Below, piece after piece: positions 58,356 through 64,000 of a stretch of 64,000 nucleotides of DNA (position 1 is the stretch's first letter; each line of letters begins with the position of its first letter). A program made the position numbers and the translations under genes. The notes beneath the pieces were generated by a model. That model saw nothing but the letters and a program-made list of their open reading frames with translations. It made no database searches and had not been told where the DNA came from. Source of the stretch: Patescibacteria group bacterium. Its GTDB lineage: Bacteria; Patescibacteriota; Microgenomatia; 2-02-FULL-39-11. The stretch covers positions 9,233 to 73,232 of the forward strand of contig JAMCUI010000019.1 in the NCBI GenBank assembly GCA_023379265.1, read 5' to 3'.

Positions 58356-59960
58356 GTGAAGCGCAGATTTGAATACATTTCTGTCTTTTTCCTTTCTTTC
58401 CTGACTGTCCTTTTTATAGAGTTGCAGTTTATAGTAGACGCCGTAAGAACTCCCAAAAACACCTTTTATCTGGGTACGGTGCACTGGCCGCCGGACTATT
58501 TTTACTACCTGTCTCAATTTATTCAGGGAAAGTCCCATGTTTTGTCTTCGACAATACTTTATACCGGAGAGAGATTACCTCTTACGGTAATAGGCTGGCA
58601 AAACGTCTTGGCAGGCAGGATACTGACCGGAATACTTGGGCTTCAGGTTATATTGACTTACCAGATTACGGTTGTTCTTTTCCTTTCATTTTTCCTTATT
58701 TTGGCGTACCGTTTGCTTTTGGAGATATTTCCAAAAGAAGCCGGTAAAAGGATGCTTTCCTTTTTCTTTTTCGTCACAAGTACATCAATGCCTCTTTTTT
58801 CCGGATCTCTAAAAACAGGATTAAAACTGTCTTTCTATAACTATTGGTACAATACCGGCAATATATTTGACCGCCTGGGGCCGGCCCCGAACCATCTTCT
58901 TGCCAGTGCTTTTATGGCAGCAGGGTTTCTCCTATCGGCTTTGTTAGTAAAGTCCAACAATAGTGGAGGGAAAAGGAAAAAAATTCTTGCCGGTCTAAGT
59001 GTCTGCGGACTATTACTTGCAAGCATATCGCCGGTGGAGTGGGGACTTTTGGTAGCAGCAGTTTTTGGAGCAGCTTTTATATACCAGAGGAAAAGATTCC
59101 AACCTTACTATTTTGCGCCTTTTATAGCGCTTTTCCTATCCGGATTGCCTTTGGCAGTCTATGTCAAATATATTTTTTACCAGGAGCCATACGTAAAATC
59201 GTCCCTTTGGGAGGCGACACAACAGCTTGCTATGACTCCGTATGCTCTTTTTATGGGTAGCGGGCTTGTGATCATTTTTGCGCTTATTGGGGGATGGGCT
59301 TTTTTCAGAAAAACAACTTTTGAGAGGTTGGCTGGATTATTTCTTATTGCTATATCCGCCTTTTTTTACTTTTCTCCAACTCCAGACAAGCTGGGATTGA
59401 CTAATGCCAGGTTTTGGCCCCCAGCAATTTATATATTTATAGCAGCTGGAGCTGCTCAAGGAGTATTCCAGATTTATCAAAGATTTTCTAAACATCAGAA
59501 GATAATACTTATTTTTCTTATTATTATATATTTATTTACTATTATCCCTTCTGATTTAGCCCAACAGAGGGAGGAGGTTTTGGTGTCCCGCGCGGGAAAC
59601 GCTTTTTATTATATTCCTTCAGATGCTTACGGTGCCTATATAAAGACGATGGAGATGACCGTCCCAAATGATATAATTCTTGCCCAGTGGCCTTTTAATG
59701 AATCTTTTCCGGCTTTGACTGGCAGGAAGTCGTTTTTTGGCTATAATCTCTATACGATAAATTCAGCCCAAAAAGAAAAAGACATTTTTGCTTTTTTTGA
59801 CGGAAAAATGAGCCCGGAGGAAGTGAAAAATATGCTTGCGGGATATAAAATAGATTATATACTGGGATATCCGTGGATTGCTAAAATAGATTCTTATCCG
59901 TTTCTGAAGAAAGTATTCCAGAATAATATATTAGCACTGTATAAAGTGTTAGCCAATTAA
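58356..59960 (+). CDS. GT-C-like membrane protein, paralogue family (copy 4)
   Basis: GTVHWPPDYFYYLSQFIQG, YWYNTG..F.RLG..P.H, FPALTGR..FFDGKM. Confidence 0.72.
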   Translation: MKRRFEYISVFFLSFLTVLFIELQFIVDAVRTPKNTFYLGTVHWPPDYFYYLSQFIQGKSHVLSSTILYTGERLPLTVIGWQNVLAGRILTGILGLQVILTYQITVVLFLSFFLILAYRLLLEIFPKEAGKRMLSFFFFVTSTSMPLFSGSLKTGLKLSFYNYWYNTGNIFDRLGPAPNHLLASAFMAAGFLLSALLVKSNNSGGKRKKILAGLSVCGLLLASISPVEWGLLVAAVFGAAFIYQRKRFQPYYFAPFIALFLSGLPLAVYVKYIFYQEPYVKSSLWEATQQLAMTPYALFMGSGLVIIFALIGGWAFFRKTTFERLAGLFLIAISAFFYFSPTPDKLGLTNARFWPPAIYIFIAAGAAQGVFQIYQRFSKHQKIILIFLIIIYLFTIIPSDLAQQREEVLVSRAGNAFYYIPSDAYGAYIKTMEMTVPNDIILAQWPFNESFPALTGRKSFFGYNLYTINSAQKEKDIFAFFDGKMSPEEVKNMLAGYKIDYILGYPWIAKIDSYPFLKKVFQNNILALYKVLAN

Positions 59961-60025
59961 AAAGTCTATATTTTTCCGAAATAATAACTAAGGAAAGATA
60001 GAGTGGCACTGTATATCGGTAGTAT

Positions 60026-61828
60026 ATGAAAAGTAAGAAAAGAATAATTCTCTTAATACTCACAGTTTTGATACTTGTACCCCTTGTTATTCCGGTTTTT
60101 ACCCCTTATGTATTGGGTACGGCAGACGGTTTGGCGCATAAGTTCAGGCTTGTTTCTTTTGAACACTCGTTAAGAGAAGGGTACTTGCGTCCCCGCTGGT
60201 TAGCCGATCAGGCGTTGGGGTACGGTTCTCCGATTTTCATCTTCAATTATTTGATGCCTTACTATAGTATCGCGGTAGTTAATCTTTTTGGACTGACAGT
60301 AAACCTGTCAACACAGGTTTTTATTGCAGCAACAATTCTTCTATCCTTTTTCTTTATGTTCCTTTTGGGTAGAAAGCTGTGGGGGACAAATGCTGGGTTG
60401 GTCGCAGGAGGTGTATATGCCTGGGCCCCTTACCACCTTCTGACAATTTTCCTTTATGAAGGATGGGGAGAATTTACCGCTTTTGTTTTCCCGCCACTAC
60501 TTTTATTTCTGATACTAAAAATCAGAGATTTATGGGAGAAATGTGGTGTAAAAGCCGGAAAAACCAGATATATACCGGAAGAGATGGGGAAACCACTTAT
60601 GTTTTATCTGGTCATGACTGTTTTTTCCTGGTTTCTTTTTATTCTGACTCATAACGTATCTGCGCTCCTGTTCTCGCCCCTATTGCTTTTCCTTTCATTT
60701 GTAGCTGCAGATTTTCGGCTTTTCAAACCATTTCTTCTGACAGTTTATGCTTTTCTCACTACTGTTTTTCTGGGCGCATTTTTCTGGTTGCCGGCAATTT
60801 CCATGGATAACCTGACTGCATATCCGCAGCTTATGGCAAAAGAGATGGAGATCCGGGGATCGTACTTTAAGTCTTTCTATACGCTTTTATCCGTGGCTTT
60901 TTCTACTATAAGGAGCGGATCTGCAGGATATTACGATTTTACCATTGGCCTGCCAATAATAGTTGTTTTTGTTGTCGGATTGGCATTTATTATCAGATAT
61001 TTGGTGAAATTATTCAAAACATCAAAAATTCAAATGCCAAAAATAGCCAATGAATTAGTCAAAGTAGTGACGGGGAGAGAAAAGTTAGTGATTTGGCTGT
61101 TTGTAATTTTATTTGGTTCTCTTTATTTATCCAACCATGCGTCAAATCTGCTTTGGGACATTCCACTTTTTAGGTTTATAGTCTATCCGTTCCGCTTCCT
61201 TTTCCCGGCCACTTTTGCCGGAAGTCTGCTCGCCGGATGGATTGGCCGCAAAAATAACCTTATTGCTATTACGTTTATACTTTTGGCTATAGTTGCCGGA
61301 AGACCCTATACTAATCCCGCAATAGACAAATTTCCCTTTTCCGACGGCTATTTCCAAAAGGTGCAGACCGTTTTCCATCCTCCTGGAACCCTGAAGAATA
61401 TGGCAACCAGGGAATTCCTGCCTCAAGGAGCTGATCTTTCGTTCCTGCAAAATGTGCAGGATGAGTATCTCACTTCAGGCAAATTGCCGCAAAAATTTGT
61501 CTTTACACAAGGTTCGGGGGAAGTGTTATCGGAGGATATTAAAGCTGAAAGAATGCAAGTTGTTGTTGCTTCCAAAAGTCAAAGTCAGTTGACGGTCAAT
61601 GCTTTTTATTTTCCCGACTGGTATGTCTTTGTCGATGGAAAACAATCGGTGCTTGATCGGGACCAATATGGGCGGATGAGAGTGTGGTTATCAGGTGGAA
61701 GGCATGATATCTTATTTGTGTTTGGGGTAAGCAATATTGAGAAAGTGGGTGACGCAATTTCGATATTGGGAGTCATATTTTTAGCCGGATCGGTTTATTA
61801 TTTGTGGAGAAAAAGTAAGTTGAATTAA
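60026..61828 (+). CDS. PTPS-related / YfhO-like GT-C membrane protein
   Basis: DGLAH..R, PRW..GYGSPIFIFNY, THN, AFFWLPA, YPFRFL, EFLP, YFPDW..VDG. Confidence 0.8.
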   Translation: MKSKKRIILLILTVLILVPLVIPVFTPYVLGTADGLAHKFRLVSFEHSLREGYLRPRWLADQALGYGSPIFIFNYLMPYYSIAVVNLFGLTVNLSTQVFIAATILLSFFFMFLLGRKLWGTNAGLVAGGVYAWAPYHLLTIFLYEGWGEFTAFVFPPLLLFLILKIRDLWEKCGVKAGKTRYIPEEMGKPLMFYLVMTVFSWFLFILTHNVSALLFSPLLLFLSFVAADFRLFKPFLLTVYAFLTTVFLGAFFWLPAISMDNLTAYPQLMAKEMEIRGSYFKSFYTLLSVAFSTIRSGSAGYYDFTIGLPIIVVFVVGLAFIIRYLVKLFKTSKIQMPKIANELVKVVTGREKLVIWLFVILFGSLYLSNHASNLLWDIPLFRFIVYPFRFLFPATFAGSLLAGWIGRKNNLIAITFILLAIVAGRPYTNPAIDKFPFSDGYFQKVQTVFHPPGTLKNMATREFLPQGADLSFLQNVQDEYLTSGKLPQKFVFTQGSGEVLSEDIKAERMQVVVASKSQSQLTVNAFYFPDWYVFVDGKQSVLDRDQYGRMRVWLSGGRHDILFVFGVSNIEKVGDAISILGVIFLAGSVYYLWRKSKLN

Positions 61829-61908
61829 TTGGAAGCTATTCTCAGAGAAGATTTTCACCTGCTTCGTATCTTCCTGATGAAGTAAAGGTTTCAAAGAGAA
61901 TTAAATTA

Positions 61909-63609
61909 ATGGAGATCCTACTAATAGGTTTTATCATAGTTTTATTTCTTTTTCTCAACGGCTTGCCGCTTATAGTTGGTATGATAAATACTCCCAAAGG
62001 AAGCCAGTTTTTGGGAACTGTCCATTGGCCGCCTGATTATTTTTATTATCTATCTCAGTTTTTTCAGGGCAAAGGCAACTGGTTTGCCAGTTATGACCTT
62101 TTTACCGGTGACTTCATATCAAAGACATTTGTGGGATGGGTAAACGTCTTTTTGGGACATGTATTTAGTCTATTGGGTATAGGCAGTGTAGCAGCTTACC
62201 AGATTTCAATTGTCATTTTTGCAGTTATCCTTCTTATAGCGTCTTATCTTCTCATAAGAGAAATCTTTCCTGGTTCGGCTTCAAAAAGAGTCGCGGCTTT
62301 TTTATTTTTTGTCACAAGCAACGCTTTTCCCAAGATTGTTGAATCAGGAGGCAAACTAACTTTTTCCTATTTTGACTACTGGTACAACACAGGGTTGCCT
62401 TTTAACCGCTTGGGCGGTGTGCCACACCATTTTATTGCCCGGGCAGGCATAACATTAGCGATATTGTTGGCAGTCTGGTGGTGGAAAAGGTTGGGGAAAT
62501 ATAGATTCGACAAAAAAAGTATCTCTAAGTATATCATTGCGTTTCTTCTTTCGGGATTTATCCTTGCCAGTGTGGAGCCGGTACAGTGGGGGATAACTGT
62601 AGGTGTTTTGGGGATAGTAGCATTTTTAATCTTTGTCATGCCGAATTTATTTCTGCATCCCGATAAGACAATGAAAGAGACCCTGAAAGAGATTCCGAAA
62701 CGAGTTCAGGATGACACTTCGGTATCATTAACTGACACCTTAGCGTCAGTTTGGGGAGGCAAGAGTTTTTTTCTTCCTTCTGTTTTACTCTTAATTGGCG
62801 GGTTGCCAATGGCAGTTTATCTGAAGAGAACATTTTCAACACTGCCTTTTATACAGCTGGCTCTTTGGGAGAATAGCCAGCAATTGCATATCAGTTTTAT
62901 GACATATATTTTAGCAAATGGTTCCGTTGTCGCTGTTGCAATTCTCGGAGTGGTTTTCTTTGTCAGGAAAATGGATTTGGCAAGGCTTACCGCCTTTGTT
63001 TTTACATTTGTGACAATATTTTTATTTTTCTCTCCTATTCCGGCACTGGTCTCAGTAGTAAACGTGAGGTTTTTACCTGCCACAACAACGCTTTTCCTAT
63101 CATGCATGGCAACAGCCGGAATTTTTACTGTCGCAAGCCGGTTTAGCGAAGCAAAAAATATCGTTTTCCTGTTACTTACTCTATCAATCATCATCATAAT
63201 GTTGCCGACTTATTATATCCAACTCCAGGACAGGGTAAAGGTGGATCCTGCTTTCGGACTTATTTATCTACCGCAAAAGGTACTTGTTTCATATCAAAAG
63301 GCACAGGTAATTTCCACCCCTTCAGATACTTTTATGGCTGTTTATCCTTTTAATTTGTCGCTTCCGGCCATCGCCGGACGTCGCGTCTTTGAAGGACATG
63401 AGCTTCTGACAATAAATGACGGTAAAAAAATGGGGGAGGCCAACGATTTTTTTGCCGGAAAGATAACTTCTGAGAAAATGGATAGTTTCCTCCATAAAAA
63501 CAATATCCATTATCTATTTATCTACTCGACTGAAAAAGAATTTGCATCAATGCCTTTTCTGAAAAAAGTATATGATAACGAGATGGTGGCAATTTATAAA
63601 GTAAATTGA
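61909..63609 (+). CDS. GT-C-like membrane protein, paralogue family (copy 5; closest to copy 4)
   Basis: GTVHWPPDYFYYLSQFFQG, YWYNTG..F.RLGGVPHH, LPAIAGR..GH..FFAGK. Confidence 0.72.
   Translation: MEILLIGFIIVLFLFLNGLPLIVGMINTPKGSQFLGTVHWPPDYFYYLSQFFQGKGNWFASYDLFTGDFISKTFVGWVNVFLGHVFSLLGIGSVAAYQISIVIFAVILLIASYLLIREIFPGSASKRVAAFLFFVTSNAFPKIVESGGKLTFSYFDYWYNTGLPFNRLGGVPHHFIARAGITLAILLAVWWWKRLGKYRFDKKSISKYIIAFLLSGFILASVEPVQWGITVGVLGIVAFLIFVMPNLFLHPDKTMKETLKEIPKRVQDDTSVSLTDTLASVWGGKSFFLPSVLLLIGGLPMAVYLKRTFSTLPFIQLALWENSQQLHISFMTYILANGSVVAVAILGVVFFVRKMDLARLTAFVFTFVTIFLFFSPIPALVSVVNVRFLPATTTLFLSCMATAGIFTVASRFSEAKNIVFLLLTLSIIIIMLPTYYIQLQDRVKVDPAFGLIYLPQKVLVSYQKAQVISTPSDTFMAVYPFNLSLPAIAGRRVFEGHELLTINDGKKMGEANDFFAGKITSEKMDSFLHKNNIHYLFIYSTEKEFASMPFLKKVYDNEMVAIYKVN
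62634..62716. repeat. Palindromic element (GTCAT...ATGAC type) inside a reading frame
   Basis: Imperfect 26-bp inverted arms TGTCATGCCGAATTTATTTCTGCATC / GATTCCGAAACGAGTTCAGGATGACA; segment absent from the paralogue at 58356. Confidence 0.75.
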
Positions 63610-63624
63610 ATTATTAGATAAATA

Positions 63625-63661
63625 ATTTACGGGTCGTGCCGTTTGAGTATTCCAAACTCGT
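63625..63661. repeat. Second copy of the MITE-like end
   Basis: ATTTACGGGTCGTGCCGTTTGAGTATTCCAAACTCGT, about 80% identical to 38591-38628. Confidence 0.7.
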
Positions 63662-63666
63662 GTTTT

Positions 63667-64000
63667 ATGAAACAACAGTTGTATAAATTCCTAGGTGAAT
63701 TTGAGGAATGTTGTGAAAATTGTGGACGAAAGAGTGAAGATATCGAAATTCTTTTTGCCACCAAGTACATAAATCCTTTCGATTTGGCGCAGTTTATCGG
63801 GATTGCACATGAGCGGTTGGATAGAATTGTGACGATAGGAGAAAACAGGGTACAGGCGGCTGAAGAGAAATTGAACTATATAAATATGAGCCATCCGGAT
63901 TTGAAAGAATTGTTCAAGATGGTTATGATAGGCAATCTCCAGACAAACAAGATAAATAAAGCAATTGAAGTATTTGAGGAGATTCACGCAATAGACAGCA
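63667..64000 (+). CDS. yggS: YggS/PLPBP PLP-homeostasis protein, truncated by window end
   Basis: Translated by hand: ILFATKY, IGENRVQ, MIGNLQTNK, IHAIDS; open to the end of the window. Confidence 0.9.
   Translation, partial: MKQQLYKFLGEFEECCENCGRKSEDIEILFATKYINPFDLAQFIGIAHERLDRIVTIGENRVQAAEEKLNYINMSHPDLKELFKMVMIGNLQTNKINKAIEVFEEIHAIDS

Noticed and set aside
62636-62842. 68-aa ORF containing CHPELVSES
   Set aside because: Reverse translation of the palindromic element, not a gene.
63691-63987. 98-aa minus-strand ORF
   Set aside because: Antisense shadow of yggS.

Overview
Bacterial chromosomal window, AT-rich, standard genetic code. The gene set and style (divergent 23S/5S rRNA, short or leaderless 5' ends, heptamer microsatellites, many GT-C membrane glycosyltransferases) suggest Patescibacteria/CPR, probably Microgenomates; this is inference only. 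In order it contains: 3' end of 23S rRNA and 5S rRNA; rpsA; radA; a ~1.2 kb mostly non-coding tract with an unannotated 50-aa gene and two candidate small RNAs; an htrA-response regulator-histidine kinase operon; a first cell-surface glycosylation block (GT4, several GT-C/PMT-like proteins, DPPR-synthase-like UbiA, FAD oxidoreductase); a 6S-like RNA; rho; a LysM-M23 peptidase; two tRNA-Ala genes, one followed by 6.5 perfect 38-bp repeats of its own 3' end; an NrtR-regulated NAD salvage operon (pncB, NCS1 permease, pncA); a zinc-ribbon gene with a structured leader; a ~30 kb second glycosylation block; and the start of yggS. About 18 predicted GT-C-type membrane proteins occur in 64 kb, including five paralogues of one family and a protein carrying the motifs of eukaryotic ALG10/DIE2. 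Several families of short repeats (7-bp tandem repeats, palindromic elements, a CGGGT...ACCCG MITE-like element) are inserted in frame inside genes. All product calls come from motif recognition by eye; no database searches were run.
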